Positions 33,595 through 34,078 of a stretch of 34,078 nt of DNA are shown here, piece after piece (within the stretch, counting starts at the first letter, position 1; every line of letters begins with the position of its first letter). A program made the position numbers and the translations under genes. The notes beneath the pieces are model-generated. The model was not told the origin of the DNA. It searched no databases and worked only from the letters and a program-made list of their open reading frames with translations. The stretch covers positions 92,349,130 to 92,383,207 of the forward strand of contig NC_068984.1 of assembly GCF_001194135.2 (NCBI RefSeq), in the 5' to 3' direction. Origin of the DNA: Octopus bimaculoides. Taxonomy: Eukaryota.

Positions 33595-33875
33595 AATACT
33601 TATTTTTAAGTCTGGCACGTAGTCTATCCGAAGCACTGGTTTGTGGTGATGTAAACCAGCCAACACTAGTTGTCAATAAGTAAAAAGGGCGAAAATAAAG
33701 ACTCATATACACACACATGCGACAGGATTCTACACAGTTTCTGACTATGAAAGGCATTCCTCGGCTCAAGATTACATAGAAGACATATGCCCGAGGTGCT
33801 GTGCAGTGTAACTGAAACTGAAAGCATGTGGTTGAAAAGCGAGCTCCTTAGCCACACAGCCATGCCTGCACCTAT
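33595..33875 (-). mobile_element. SINE family B, diverged
   Basis: Minus-strand head GGCATGGCTGTGTGGCTAAGGAGCTCGCTTTTCAACCACATG and ACCTCGGGCATATGTCTTCTA body. Confidence 0.75.
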
Positions 33876-34078
33876 GTAACTTCCTTTTCCAGTCTACTAT
33901 ATATAGAGGGATATTTCATTTCATCAATGTACTTCACTTCTAACGGCTAAAGAAAATAGTATCTATAAAATAAGTTGTTCCATAACCACTTGAAATGTAC
34001 GTATTAAATGCATTCGAAATAACAGTAATTATCATTGTGATTATTCTAATACATGCAGACCTATATATATATATATAT

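Overview
AT-rich eukaryotic scaffold with six N-gaps (1395-1581, 11816-12150, 16516-16828, 17805-18421, 23094-23592, 28161-28614). The microsatellite load and repeat families look like coleoid cephalopod DNA, most likely Octopus (inference from pattern recognition, not a database search). The only host-gene sequence I can support is two minus-strand coding exons (8201-8308 and 3384-3545). They splice in frame to a peptide that closely matches MFSD6, a major facilitator superfamily protein. Everything else appears intronic and is packed with decayed mobile elements: three tRNA-derived SINE families, many 5'-truncated R4/Dong-type RLE LINEs, a CR1-clade RT remnant, a gag-protease-only Gypsy element, an ORF1-only LINE-like element, an unclassified ~550-bp repeat, and several Penelope-like (GIY-YIG) remnants. 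The most interesting signal is RNA-structural. There are six type-I hammerhead ribozyme motifs. Two are U3-A8 core variants sitting back-to-back in a 128-bp-arm palindrome (27838-28108). One lies inside a tRNA-headed, Pol III-compatible element bounded by perfect 21-bp inverted repeats (32762-33059), a candidate Penelope-mobilised SINE. A 5-nt-loop 3' hairpin with covarying stems is shared by several R4/Dong families. Most ORFs in the supplied track are artefacts of microsatellites or N-runs.
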